From assembly GCF_014396165.1 (NCBI RefSeq), contig NZ_CP060715.1:570001-602000 (forward strand): a stretch of 32,000 bases of DNA, given 5' to 3'. This DNA is from Erysipelothrix inopinata. GTDB taxonomy: Bacteria > Bacillota_I > Bacilli_A > Erysipelotrichales > Erysipelotrichaceae. Below the pieces are notes generated by a model, which was given only the letters and a program-made list of their open reading frames with translations, was not told the DNA's origin and did not search any database. Both the position numbers and the translations under genes were made by a program. This document shows, piece by piece, positions 1 through 9,900 of this stretch (positions are counted from its first letter, which is position 1; each line of letters begins with the position of its first letter).

Positions 1-454
1 GACCACCACAATCTGGACAGATACCATCTTCTACTTGAGAGTCTGTGTAGAATGATTCGTCCGATTTACAGTACCAACCTTCATAAGTTCCCTTGTATAA
101 ATCTCCTTGATCTACAAGTTTTTTAAAGACTTTTTGCACTTCTTCTTTATGATAATCATCCGTTGTACGTATGAAGTAATCATAATCAATGTTCATGAGT
201 TCAAAGAGACCTTTTATTACCGAGGAAATATTATCTACATGTTCCTTAGGTGTAATCCCTGCTTTGATAGCATAATCTTCAATTTTTTGTCCATGTTCAT
301 CAGTTCCTGTTTGGAATCTGACATTATAACCTTGAGCTCTTTTAAAACGTGCAATACTATCAGCTAATACTATTTCATAGATATTACCAATGTGAGGTTT
401 TGCTGATGTATAGGCAATGGCTGTTGTTATATAGTAGTTTTTTTTATCTTTCAT
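1..454 (-). CDS. metG: methionine--tRNA ligase, N-terminal ~151 codons (3' end lies beyond window start)
   Basis: Absent from the ORF track because no stop lies in the window. Own reverse-strand translation from ATG 454-452: MKDKKNYYITTAIAYTSAKPHIGNIYEIVLADSIARFKRAQGYNVRFQTGTDEHGQKIE...YEGWYCKSDESFYTDSQVEDGICPDCGG. It has the class I HIGH-type motif (HIGN) and the MetRS zinc knuckle. GGAGG RBS (complement of 462-466). Confidence 0.9.
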   Translation of the reverse strand, partial: MKDKKNYYITTAIAYTSAKPHIGNIYEIVLADSIARFKRAQGYNVRFQTGTDEHGQKIEDYAIKAGITPKEHVDNISSVIKGLFELMNIDYDYFIRTTDDYHKEEVQKVFKKLVDQGDLYKGTYEGWYCKSDESFYTDSQVEDGICPDCGG

Positions 455-482
455 ACTTTTGCCTCCGCTATGTATCTGTATA

Positions 483-511
483 ATTATAGCCTATTTAGAG
501 ACTCTTAACAA
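483..511 (-). promoter_or_regulatory. sigma-A-type promoter for metG
   Basis: Minus strand TTGTTA (511-506), 17-nt spacer, TATAAT (488-483), about 30 nt upstream of the metG ATG. Confidence 0.5.
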
Positions 512-581
512 GAAATCACCCAATGTATTTTGGTCAGTCCATGCCTAATCCTAGGTTTATTAAATTCATAATTTATCTGAG

Positions 582-761
582 TTATTCTTTTTCATCGTAG
601 ATGAATTCACCCTGACCATATTTCTCAATGAGATACTTATAATAATCAATTTCACAACGTCTAATTCTACGAATGTAGTCTTCATGGTTGCTTCGTTGAT
701 TTTGTTTAAGAGCAAATACAACTCCAATGCTTAACATCAAAATTAAAATAGTAATATTCAT
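582..761 (-). CDS. small hypothetical membrane protein (59 aa)
   Basis: Below the ORF-track size cutoff. Own translation: MNITILILMLSIGVVFALKQNQRSNHEDYIRRIRRCEIDYYKYLIEKYGQGEFIYDEKE. It has an N-terminal hydrophobic helix and a GGTGGTGA RBS just upstream of the ATG at 761-759. No recognisable family. Confidence 0.4.
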   Translation of the reverse strand: MNITILILMLSIGVVFALKQNQRSNHEDYIRRIRRCEIDYYKYLIEKYGQGEFIYDEKE

Positions 762-809
762 AATCTGTCACCACCTTAATTCAATTTTAACAACCCCCAG
801 CCGCCAACG

Positions 810-829
810 AATATGACATATGTCATATT
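810..829. promoter_or_regulatory. 20-bp perfect palindrome AATATGACATATGTCATATT, candidate operator in a divergent intergenic region
   Basis: Perfect dyad seen directly. It overlaps the -35 position relative to a TATAAT at 848-853 that precedes the Crp/Fnr gene (ATG 872). Confidence 0.4.
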
Positions 830-871
830 TCTTATCGGTTTTTAGGATATAATTAAAATAAGAGGTGAGTC

Positions 872-1525
872 ATGAAAACAGTTAAACTCAATCAACATCA
901 TCATAATATCTTAAGCTATTACAATTTAGATCATCTTCCTAAAGAATTAATTCAGGCTGTTCAGTTTCGTTCCAAGGAACTCGTAGTTGAAGAAACTTAT
1001 TCTTTTTCTCAACTTTATATAATTGTGACCGGTCGCGCTCGTGTTTATCGTTCAACTCAAGATGGGCAGAGTCATTTTCTATGTAATTATATTTATGACG
1101 GAATCATTGGTGAAGTAGAACTTATGAATGGTTCTCAAACAGTAGAATCATCCGTAGTAGCAATTACAGAGTTTGAATGCCTCGCAATACCTTATGATAT
1201 TTGTGCAAATGAAATCAATACAAATCATCAGTTTCTTATGACCATCAGTGAATCACTGGCCAAGAAGGTTCGTGATAATGCAGATAATCTTGTCTCCCTC
1301 GCTTTCAATACAGGAGAACAGCGACTCTGCAGCTACATTCTTAATAACGCAAATGACGATTATTTTAGTGATACCCTAACCGAAGTTTCAAAACTTGTAG
1401 CTCTTAGTTATCGTCATGTACTCAGAATTCTTAATCAGTTATGCAACGATAATATTCTTAGTAAAGAGAAATCTGGCTACCAGATCACGAATCGTAAATC
1501 TTTGATTAATCTCTCAGGCTATTAA
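872..1525 (+). CDS. Crp/Fnr family transcriptional regulator (cNMP-binding-like domain plus C-terminal HTH)
   Basis: 217-aa ORF with AGAGGTGA RBS. The N-terminal beta-roll-like region (YIIVTGRARVY...GEVELM) and the C-terminal HTH (LTEVSKLVALSYRHVLRILNQLCNDNIL) are typical of the family. Confidence 0.8.
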   Translation: MKTVKLNQHHHNILSYYNLDHLPKELIQAVQFRSKELVVEETYSFSQLYIIVTGRARVYRSTQDGQSHFLCNYIYDGIIGEVELMNGSQTVESSVVAITEFECLAIPYDICANEINTNHQFLMTISESLAKKVRDNADNLVSLAFNTGEQRLCSYILNNANDDYFSDTLTEVSKLVALSYRHVLRILNQLCNDNILSKEKSGYQITNRKSLINLSGY

Positions 1526-1534
1526 TTGACGCAA

Positions 1535-1560
1535 AAAAAGGAGGATTGTAATCCTCCTTT
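1535..1560. terminator. bidirectional intrinsic terminator between convergent genes
   Basis: AAAGGAGGATT-GTA-AATCCTCCTTT hairpin flanked by an A-run and a T-run, between the Crp/Fnr stop (1525) and the Fur-family stop (1567). Confidence 0.7.
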
Positions 1561-1566
1561 AACTTA

Positions 1567-1968
1567 TTATGACTTTCTATCTTTTTTAGCTTGCAAACAT
1601 TCTTTGCAAATTCCTTCAAACGACATGTCATGTTCTAAAACGAGACAGCCTAATTCTTTTTCAACCAATTCATGAAGGTTATCTTGATATGGAATTTCCA
1701 CATCCAAAATACGATTACATTCTTTACATCTGAAGTGATAATGGTCGTGTAAGTTTTTATCATAGATAAATCCTAGTTCAGGATGGCGAACACGATTAAT
1801 CATTTTTTCCGCATAAAGAACATTCAGATTTCGGTATATTGTTGCAATACCTACTGTCTTACCGTTTTCTTTCAATTTAGTATGAATTTCATCCGCAGTC
1901 ATATGACCTTCAGATGCTTGAATTAAATCAAGAATTTCTTGTCTTTGTTTTGTAAGTTTGATACTCAT
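1567..1968 (-). CDS. Fur family metalloregulator (PerR/Zur/Fur-like, subtype not resolvable)
   Basis: MSIKLTKQRQEILDLI...TIYRNLNVL winged-helix region, HDHYHFRCKEC...CKEC metal-site motifs. Start moved to the fifth codon (ATG 1968) because GGTGA precedes it and an extended -10 (TGCTATAAT) lies just upstream of the longer ORF. Confidence 0.85.
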   Translation of the reverse strand: MSIKLTKQRQEILDLIQASEGHMTADEIHTKLKENGKTVGIATIYRNLNVLYAEKMINRVRHPELGFIYDKNLHDHYHFRCKECNRILDVEIPYQDNLHELVEKELGCLVLEHDMSFEGICKECLQAKKDRKS

Positions 1969-1998
1969 TATCATCACCATATTAATTATAGCACAATT

Positions 1999-2973
1999 TT
2001 AACGATCACCATTAAAAATTGAATTCTTAACAATGACGTAGTCAACTTTACGAATTGCTTCGAGATCTTTTCCACCAGCATAGGATATTGATGATTGAAG
2101 ATCTTGCTTCATTTCATTAAGTGTATCAGCGATTTTTCCTTTATGCTCGATTAAGATTTTTTTACCTTCAACGTTTTTGTGTTCACCTTTTTGGAATTGT
2201 GATGCACTCCCGTAGTATTCTTTATAAACAACACCATCTACTTCCACTGTTTCTCCAGGTGATTCTTCATGTCCTGCAAACAGTGATCCAACCATACACA
2301 TGGTTGCTCCAAAGCGAATTGATTTCGCAATATCACCATGATCACGGATTCCACCATCAGCGATTAGTGGCTTACGTGCAGCTTTAGCACACCAGTGAAG
2401 TGCAGCAAGTTGCCATCCACCTGTACCAAATCCTGTTTTAAGTTTTGTGATACATACTTTACCCGGACCGATTCCAACTTTTGTTGCATCAGCTCCAGCA
2501 TTTTCTAAATCACGAACTGCTGTAGGTGTTCCTACGTTTCCAGCAATAACAAAGCTTTCTGGAAGTGTTGCTTTAATATGACGAATCATATTAATAACTT
2601 GTTCAGAATGTCCGTGAGCAATATCAATCGTGATATATTCCGGATAAACTTTGTCTTCTGCTAATTTTTTAATAAAATCATATTCACTGTCTTTAACACC
2701 CACACTAATAGATGCATACAGACCTCGAGAAATCATGTCTTTAATGAAGTCGTAACGACCTTCTTCATCGAAACGGTGCATTACATAGAAATAGTTATTT
2801 TCAGCAAACCATATTGCTAAACTCTCATCAATAATTGTTTGCATATTTGCAGCAACGATTGGCATATCAAACGTACGGTTCCCCAATGTGACACGTGTAT
2901 CACACTCAGAACGACTCTTCACAATGCACTTATTTGGAATTAATTGAATGTCTTCGTAATCAAATATTTTCAT
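1999..2973 (-). CDS. guaC: GMP reductase
   Basis: 324 aa. [26 protein letters not shown]...[24 protein letters not shown]...VKNSIFNGD is near-collinear with Bacillus-type GuaC as I remember it. Confidence 0.95.
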   Translation of the reverse strand: MKIFDYEDIQLIPNKCIVKSRSECDTRVTLGNRTFDMPIVAANMQTIIDESLAIWFAENNYFYVMHRFDEEGRYDFIKDMISRGLYASISVGVKDSEYDFIKKLAEDKVYPEYITIDIAHGHSEQVINMIRHIKATLPESFVIAGNVGTPTAVRDLENAGADATKVGIGPGKVCITKLKTGFGTGGWQLAALHWCAKAARKPLIADGGIRDHGDIAKSIRFGATMCMVGSLFAGHEESPGETVEVDGVVYKEYYGSASQFQKGEHKNVEGKKILIEHKGKIADTLNEMKQDLQSSISYAGGKDLEAIRKVDYVIVKNSIFNGDR

Positions 2974-2983
2974 GTTATCTCTC

Positions 2984-3829
2984 CTATTTTATGTCATGAT
3001 ATTGCGCATAAAGTTCATTTTTAGATACTTTATAGCGTTTAGCAACCGCATTGATAGCTCGTGATACCGAAGTTCCCGAGGCAATCTCTGAATCAATCTC
3101 TTCAATCAATGTATTCAATGATATTTCTTCTTCCTCTTCTGATTTTCCAATAAGAAGAACAAACTCACCCTTAATAACATCAACTGCTTCAATGACTTCT
3201 AAAACTGGACCCCTCAAGAATTCTTCATGAACTTTGGTAAGCTCACGAACTAAACATATTTCTCGATTACCTAATTCATCATACACGATTTCAAGTGTCT
3301 TTGCTAATTTATGCACTGATAAATAATAGATTGTTGTCATGGGGAAATCTTTATATTCTTGAAGTTGTTTTCTTAAAGCATTTTCTTTATGTTCTAAGAA
3401 TCCAATGAATGCAAAAGGTTGTGCAATAAGACCTGATGCGACCAATCCATTGAGGAAAGCACTGCTTCCCGAAATCGGTACAACATTAAAATCTGCTTCA
3501 ATTACCTTCTTAACTAAGAATTGTCCTGGATCAGAGATTACGGGATACCCTGCATCACTAATCAAAGCCACATTTTTTCCTTGCTCCAAAAGATCAATGA
3601 TCCCTTGAGCACTTTCATTCTCATTAAATAAATGATGACTAATCATTTTCGTATGAATATCAAAGTGTGAGCACAGTTTATGGGCGTTTCGTGTATCTTC
3701 CGCAGCGATGATATCGACTGTCTTCAATATTTCAATAGCACGCGGTGTCATTTCTTGTAGATTTCCGATCGGCGTGGCAACAAGATAGAGCGTTGCTTGG
3801 CCATTTTTAAAGCTTTGTTGTTTAATCAT
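2984..3829 (-). CDS. rsmI: 16S rRNA (cytidine1402-2'-O)-methyltransferase
   Basis: 281 aa. The N-terminus [34 protein letters not shown] is the tetrapyrrole-methylase-fold RsmI signature. Synteny with holB/tmk matches the Bacillus yabC region. Confidence 0.9.
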   Translation of the reverse strand: MIKQQSFKNGQATLYLVATPIGNLQEMTPRAIEILKTVDIIAAEDTRNAHKLCSHFDIHTKMISHHLFNENESAQGIIDLLEQGKNVALISDAGYPVISDPGQFLVKKVIEADFNVVPISGSSAFLNGLVASGLIAQPFAFIGFLEHKENALRKQLQEYKDFPMTTIYYLSVHKLAKTLEIVYDELGNREICLVRELTKVHEEFLRGPVLEVIEAVDVIKGEFVLLIGKSEEEEEISLNTLIEEIDSEIASGTSVSRAINAVAKRYKVSKNELYAQYHDIK

Positions 3830-3840
3830 AAGTCCTCCGT

Positions 3841-4779
3841 TTAACGATGATAACGTGTGATTTCATAGCACAGTTGATCAATGACAAGATTAGTATTCAC
3901 CCCAGGGCGAATCCGATCTTTAATATCAACGAAGATTTGTACATAATTGAGGGCATCTTCATCGGATACATTTTGTTTTAACTTCAACATTGATTCATGT
4001 TCACGATGGTGATATATCGCAATGAGAATATCCATAAATGTTGGTAGTGTTTCTTTGGTTACAATCTTTTCTTTAATTGCTCGACTTTGCATCGCAACAA
4101 GAGCCGGTTGAACTGAACCTTTATTGACATCGTTCGCAAAATCAACACAGAGATTCATGAGTGGATTGAATGATTTATCTTCAACCAACACATTTAGTTC
4201 TGCTTCACTGCTACATATTTCTGATAAGATTACGGATGTTAAGGGATCGCAGTCTTGATCGATAGCTGCTTGATATAGAGATTCTCTACCTGTTTCTTGT
4301 AAAGAAATTGTCAGACATCGTGATTGAATTGTCTCTAGTACACGTCCTGGATAGGCAGTGGTAAGAATTGCGACAATATCAGATTCCGGTTCTTCTAAGA
4401 ATTTAAGGATACTATTCATTGCAGCAGTACTTGCTGTTTCCACATCCTCAAGGATATATACTTTTTTTCCTTCAATTTCAAAAGATGTTTGAGAGAAGTA
4501 TTCCTTCAACGACAGGATATCTTCTTTCTTTATGGATCCTTCAGTATTTTCAAGAATACGAACATCGGAATGTTGATTATTCACGACACGTTCACATGTT
4601 GTACAGTGCTCACAAGGACCCTTATCTTCATGTGGACACAATAAAGACATTGCCATATATTTTGCAAATGACAATGTATCTGTTTTACCTGTTACAAGAT
4701 ATGCGTGCGAAACTTTATTCTTCTCAATTTGTTTTAGAAAGAAGGATAAAGCTTGCGGTTGACTAGTCTTGAAGTTCAT
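3841..4779 (-). CDS. holB: DNA polymerase III delta' subunit
   Basis: AAA+-like N-terminus with SHAYLVTG, the Cys cluster CPHEDKGPCEHCTTC, and SRC motif (IQSRC). Start chosen at MNFKTSQ (ATG 4779), overlapping the tmk stop by 17 nt. The upstream ATGs of the ORF-track model (to 4833) are less likely, and the start is uncertain. Confidence 0.8.
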   Translation of the reverse strand: MNFKTSQPQALSFFLKQIEKNKVSHAYLVTGKTDTLSFAKYMAMSLLCPHEDKGPCEHCTTCERVVNNQHSDVRILENTEGSIKKEDILSLKEYFSQTSFEIEGKKVYILEDVETASTAAMNSILKFLEEPESDIVAILTTAYPGRVLETIQSRCLTISLQETGRESLYQAAIDQDCDPLTSVILSEICSSEAELNVLVEDKSFNPLMNLCVDFANDVNKGSVQPALVAMQSRAIKEKIVTKETLPTFMDILIAIYHHREHESMLKLKQNVSDEDALNYVQIFVDIKDRIRPGVNTNLVIDQLCYEITRYHR

Positions 4780-5380
4780 GGTTAATAATTGCAATGACAT
4801 CGATAAAGACATCTTCTTCTGATTGATCAGCATTCACAACTTTAATGCGATTTGGGAATTGTTTTAACACTTCAAGATATCCTTCGTATACTTTTGTATG
4901 GAAAGAATCTCCTGCTAATTCCAAACGATCCATTTTATCGCGACCATGAATTCTTTGAAGTCCTTTCAAAGGATCAATATCTAGGAATATCGTGAGATCT
5001 GGCATATAGTTTTCAATTGCGAAACGATTAATTTCAAAAACATCTTCCATACCAATACCACGAGCATACCCTTGATACGCAAGTGAACTGTCAATAAAAC
5101 GATCACATACTACAATCTTATTATCTTCGAGTGCTGGTATAATTTTTTGTGTAAGATGCTGTCTACGACTGGCTGCATACAACAAAGCCTCTGTTCGATC
5201 ATCCATTTCACTGTGGTTTGGATCTAAAATAATATCACGAATTTTTTCTGATATTTCAATACCACCTGGTTCACGTGTATAAATCACATCATAATTTTCT
5301 GCTAAATAATCCGCAACTTTTTGCGTTACAGTAGTTTTGCCACTACCATCTGGACCTTCGAACGAAATAAAATAACCCAT
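4763..5380 (-). CDS. tmk: thymidylate kinase
   Basis: 205 aa. P-loop FISFEGPDGSGKTT and the DRF/LID region are typical of Tmk. Confidence 0.95.
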   Translation of the reverse strand: MGYFISFEGPDGSGKTTVTQKVADYLAENYDVIYTREPGGIEISEKIRDIILDPNHSEMDDRTEALLYAASRRQHLTQKIIPALEDNKIVVCDRFIDSSLAYQGYARGIGMEDVFEINRFAIENYMPDLTIFLDIDPLKGLQRIHGRDKMDRLELAGDSFHTKVYEGYLEVLKQFPNRIKVVNADQSEEDVFIDVIAIINHELQD

Positions 5381-5464
5381 TTCAACACCTCTTTTTAATT
5401 ATTATATCATCATGAAGTGTTTAAAGTAAGTTATAATAAAAGAGAACTATTAAAGGAGTCAAAA

Positions 5465-5674
5465 ATGTCCAAAAATATTAAAGATACTTTCCGAAACGTT
5501 GGAAATGATAAATTTTATGTCATCGTTACTGCATTACTATTTTTAGTTTTAGTTCTTAACTATTTCTGGCCTGCTGTGTTCTTTGTTTATATCAGTATGG
5601 TCTTATTGATTCTTGATTTTGTTATCATTGGATCATTTTTCTTTAAACGAAAGAAGGATAAAAATAATGGCTAA
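5465..5674 (+). CDS. small hypothetical membrane protein (69 aa, two predicted TM helices)
   Basis: AAAGGAG RBS before ATG 5465. Two hydrophobic stretches (FYVIVTALLFLVLVLNYF and VFFVYISMVLLILDFVIIGSFFF). The stop overlaps the NUDIX start (ATGGCTAA). Confidence 0.5.
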   Translation: MSKNIKDTFRNVGNDKFYVIVTALLFLVLVLNYFWPAVFFVYISMVLLILDFVIIGSFFFKRKKDKNNG

Positions 5675-6212
5675 ATCACTCACTATCCCTAAAAAATCTA
5701 ACGAAAGAAAAATTAAAGATGGCATTGTCGTCGATACTTATGAAGCAGACTTTGAAACTCAAGCAGGTACAATGACTGCCCAACTCCTTCGTCATGATGG
5801 TGCCGTATGCATTGCCGCTACTCACAACAATCAAGATTTCTACATCGTTGATCAATTTCGCTTTGGAATCGAAGAAATTATGACTGAATTTCCTGCAGGT
5901 AAGATTGATGAGGGTGAAACCCCACTTGAAGCGGCGCATCGCGAACTGGCTGAAGAAATTGGTTATGCCGCTCAGACGATTGTTCCGCTTGGGAAAGTAT
6001 ACTCATCGCCTGCTTATATTGATGAAGTAATCTATCTCTACTATGCTACTGATTTATCCTTTGTGGGACAAAATCTTGATGAACACGAAGAACTCAATAT
6101 TTATACATTAACGGTAGATGAAATTAATGATCAAATAATGAACGGTTCTATAGATGATTCAAAATCTCTTGCAATGGCTTACCGTCTCGAAAATTATCTA
6201 AAAAATATATAA
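5667..6212 (+). CDS. NUDIX hydrolase (ADP-ribose pyrophosphatase-like)
   Basis: Nudix box GKIDEGETPLEAAHRELAEEIGY. Start set at MAKSLT (ATG 5667) with AGAAGGA RBS. Confidence 0.85.
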   Translation: MAKSLTIPKKSNERKIKDGIVVDTYEADFETQAGTMTAQLLRHDGAVCIAATHNNQDFYIVDQFRFGIEEIMTEFPAGKIDEGETPLEAAHRELAEEIGYAAQTIVPLGKVYSSPAYIDEVIYLYYATDLSFVGQNLDEHEELNIYTLTVDEINDQIMNGSIDDSKSLAMAYRLENYLKNI

Positions 6213-6217
6213 AAAAA

Positions 6218-6252
6218 GACCATCCTCATTAGATTTGAGGATGGTTTCTTCT
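6218..6252. terminator. bidirectional intrinsic terminator
   Basis: GACCATCCTCA-N7-TGAGGATGGT hairpin flanked by an A-run and TTTCTTCTT, between convergent NUDIX and divIC. Confidence 0.7.
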
Positions 6253-6569
6253 TATTCACCTTTTGGTAAGATAAAGACTTGTTCTTCTGACATTGATAAC
6301 AGGTAAGTTCCTCGTGCATAATTTTCAAAATATACAGGATCTTCCAATTTAGCTTTTTCTGAAGTAAGATTTTTGTTCTTTTCCTTCACGCCATCAAGTT
6401 CAGATTTTACACTCGATAATTGCTTATTGAGCTTTACGGTTAAAATAACTTCGTTAACAGATTTCGTTAACATGAGAATTGAAATAGCGAGGACTACCAC
6501 ACCTAAAACAATCGATGCCCCTCGAACTATTGGCGATTTCACTCTTCTTCTTGTTACTTTTTTTGTCAT
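6252..6569 (-). CDS. divIC: septum formation initiator family protein (DivIC/FtsB)
   Basis: 105 aa. Basic N-terminus, a single TM helix (IVLGVVVLAISILML), a coiled coil, then the conserved DPVYFENYAR-type motif. Follows yabO as in Bacillus. Confidence 0.8.
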   Translation of the reverse strand: MTKKVTRRRVKSPIVRGASIVLGVVVLAISILMLTKSVNEVILTVKLNKQLSSVKSELDGVKEKNKNLTSEKAKLEDPVYFENYARGTYLLSMSEEQVFILPKGE

Positions 6570-6639
6570 CGTGCTACGTCTTCCTTTTTAGTATTTGTCA
6601 TCTCTATTATACTGACATTCTCACCTTTTGCAAGAGTTG

Positions 6640-6912
6640 TCAGGATTCGTCGGACTCACGGCTGATCTTAGTATCTGAGATTAATTCATACATTGGGGGA
6701 TTATTTCGCATGATTTTCTCACTCAAAAATGTGACTTCAAACTTAATATGGCGGTGCTCAAAGCGAATTTCCACAACATCACCTACAAAGACATCGGTTG
6801 ATGGTTTCGCGAGTTTATCATTAACAAATACCCGTTCATCATCGGCTAACTCTTTCGCAACGGTACGTCTTTTAATGATTCGTGATACTTTTAAATATTT
6901 ATCCAGTCTCAT
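6640..6912 (-). CDS. rqcP: S4-domain RNA-binding protein, ribosome quality control factor RqcP/YabO (Hsp15 family)
   Basis: MRLDKYLKVSRIIKRRTVAKELADDERVFVNDKLAKPSTDV matches the YabO-type S4 domain. Its ATG overlaps the mfd TGA (ATGA at 6912-6909). Confidence 0.85.
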   Translation of the reverse strand: MRLDKYLKVSRIIKRRTVAKELADDERVFVNDKLAKPSTDVFVGDVVEIRFEHRHIKFEVTFLSEKIMRNNPPMYELISDTKISRESDES

Positions 6913-9900
6913 TCTGATTTCTCCTTCATATTTTCGAGTATGTAAATTAAATCTTCCACCCATTCATCATACATTGGCATGGATATCTTAATGGATTGAG
7001 AAACATATTTTACATTTATTTCTGAGGATTTTTCACTGATTAATTCGAAGAGTTTAATGCCATCGATACGACTGCTGTATTCCTCAGTAAAACTTACTTC
7101 GACCTTATTCATACGTTCCTTAAATGATTTAATACGTTCATCATTTAAGAATAATTCTAAACGTTTCTTTTCGAGTAACATTGTTACGGCATTCGGCAAT
7201 TGACCGTAGCGGTCTACAACCATTTCATTGAATGTTTTCAACTCATCTAAGGTTTCTATTTGATAAATTTGTTGATAAAGGTCTAATTTCTCACCATCAT
7301 CACTCGTAAATTTATCAGGAAGATATGCATCAATCTTTAAGTTGTAAGACTCTGTATCTTTAAGTGGTTGGGCTTTGGTTCCTTGTCGTTCATCAATGGC
7401 TTCCTTTAATAGCTCAATATAGAGATCAATCCCTACCGTATCAATAAATCCTGATTGATTCCCACCTAATAGCTCTCCTGCTCCACGAATCGTGAGGTCA
7501 CGCATCGCAATTTTATAGCCACTACCAAGTTGTGTAAACTCTTTAATCGCTTGGAGGCGTTTCTGTGCGACTTCTGAGAGTCCTTTTTTCTCGGGGACAA
7601 CAAAGTATGCATAAGCAAGCCGATCCGATCTCCCAACACGACCTTTTATTTGATACAACTGAGACAATCCAAAGCGATGTGCATTTTCTACGATGATTGT
7701 ATTTGCATTTGGAATATCAATACCTGTCTCAATTATTGTCGTACATACAAGCACATTTACTTCCTTCGCAATAAATTGCATCATCACATCTTCAATTTCA
7801 TATCGATCCATCTGACCGTGCACAACTGCAACCTTAGACTGTGGAATGGCTCTAGCAATACTATTTGCTACTTCATATATTTGCTCAACGTTATTAAAGA
7901 GATAGAATACTTGTCCATCACGATTTAATTCCTTAATCATAATGTCATGAAGTGTTTTCTTATTCTTTTCAATCACATATGTCATAACAGGAAGTCTGTT
8001 TGAAGGCGGTGTATTAAGTTGCGATAGTGAACGTAAGCCAATCAGTGACATTTGTAGAGTTCGAGGAATCGGTGTTGCACTCAATGAAAGTACATCAACT
8101 GACACCTTAAACTCTTTAATTCGTTCTTTATGTTCGACACCAAAGCGTTGTTCTTCATCTATTATTAAAAGTCCGAGATCATGAAATTTAATATCCTTCG
8201 ATAATAGACGGTGCGTACCCACCAGAATATCTACTTTACCTGCTTTCACATCTGCTACGATTGCTTTTGCTTCTTTATCAGAAACAAAACGATTTAAGAC
8301 TTCGACACGAATTGGATAATTTTCAAATCGTTTTCTAAGTGTACGTGTATGTTGTGCTGAAAGAATGGTAGTAGGACATAAGAACGCAACTTGCTTGCCA
8401 TCTACAAATGCTTTGAAGGCTGCACGAATAGCAACTTCAGTCTTACCAAATCCAACATCACCACATAGTAAACGATCCATAGGAAGTTCACTTTCCATGT
8501 CGGCTTTAATCTCTTGAATAGCCACTTCTTGATCCTTAGTTAAATCATATTTAAACTCAGATTCGAACTGTCTTTGATAATCATTGTCCGGACTGAATGC
8601 ATGACCTTTACTTTTCATTCTCGTAGCATATAAAGCGACAAGACGATCCGCAACTTCAGCCACGTCTTTTTGAATTTTTTCTTTGCTTTTCTCCCAACTC
8701 TTACTGCCAAGTTTACTTAATCGTACAGCAGTAGCATGTGAAGAAAGGTATTTACGAACCAGCGTAAATTGCTCGAGTGGTACAAAGAGTTCATCGCCGT
8801 CACGATACATGATTCGCATGAAGTCTTTTTGAATTCCATCGATTTCTTTTGTTTCAATTCCCATGTATTTTCCAATACCGTATTGACGGTGGACAACATA
8901 GTCAAAAGTATCCAAATCTTGAAGTTGGTTGAGGGTTTCCGCCTTAGAAAACTTATTATCATATTTAAATCGCTTCCGAGCATATTGGAAAAGTTCTGTT
9001 TTAGTGAGAACCATGGTTTGAATATCATCAAGGATAAATCCAGTTTCAATTTCTGAATAGACGATATAAATGCCATTCTTCTGAGGTTGTTGGCTTTCCA
9101 GCTGGTAGGAAACATTCATTGAAATCAATGTGTTAATCATCGTTTCCATGCTTTCTGAATCAAGTGCAAGGATTACTTTTTGAGTGATGGCTTCTTTTTT
9201 CAACCAGAGTACCGTATCGTTCAAATTATCGGAAATGATATTAGCTTGGTGCCATGGAATCACAACATCATCACTGCTTTGATATTCATGAGTATATTGA
9301 ATTGTTTCTTGTTCGAGATAAGGATTCATTGAAGCATATATCTTTGATGATTCAATGTATACAGCATCATTATAGTGATCTTCAACAAATTGGAAGACGT
9401 CCTCTTCATTTTGTCGTAACGTACGCTTAAATCCTTCAATTGTACTGATTGATTTCTTAGCTGTATCACAATATTCAAAGATTGTTTCATACTCATCCCA
9501 GTGATACAAAAGTGGATACATATTGATATCATAGTTACCCATTTTTAACATCTCTAAAATTACTTCAAGATCATATCTTGATTCATCATCTGTTTCTTTA
9601 ATAATAAGTTTAGCGGCAAGTTTTTGACACGTATCTTCATCCAGAATAATATCTTGAGCAAAAATAATTTCTGCTTGCTTTACGGCTTCAATAGACTGTT
9701 GGGTAGCACTATCGAAGGTACGCATACTATCGATCTCTGTATCAAAAAACTCGATTCGAAGTGGGTTTTCCATCTGAACAGAATAAACATCACAAACTCC
9801 CCGCGCAACGCATACGTAAAAGGTTGTTCAACATATTTGGCACGCGTATATCCCATTTGATCTAAACGCTTCGTGAGTTGTTCAAGCGGTAAATCTTGAC

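Noticed and set aside
2121-2387. Antisense or shadow ORFs inside well-supported genes. Examples: 2121-2387, 3405-3608, 4419-4766, 5676-5939, 6373-6591, 6515-6991, 7650-7928, 8769-9056, 9624-9860, 13728-13967, 15282-15521, 17455-17670, 17710-17898, 18606-18809, 18895-19077, 19626-19889, 20238-20450, 24107-24346, 24808-25053, 27469-27672, 27662-27937, 29964-30305, 31314-31526
   Set aside because: Each lies opposite a gene with clear family motifs. They have low-complexity or Cys/Phe/Leu-rich composition typical of AT-rich shadow frames, and none has an RBS.
8717-9115. Same-strand alternative-frame ORFs inside other genes (8717-9115 and 9326-9532 in mfd, 26082-26285 and 26373-26594 in the transposase, 29231-29488 in the HAD gene, several inside gyrA, dnaA and tadA)
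   Set aside because: They are out-of-frame read-throughs of conserved genes, with no independent start signals and no recognisable domains.
9680-9802. Programmed ribosomal frameshifting as the explanation for the split mfd
   Set aside because: The junction has no slippery heptamer, downstream stimulatory structure or upstream SD-like stimulator that I can see. A simple 1-nt length change in a G-run explains it.
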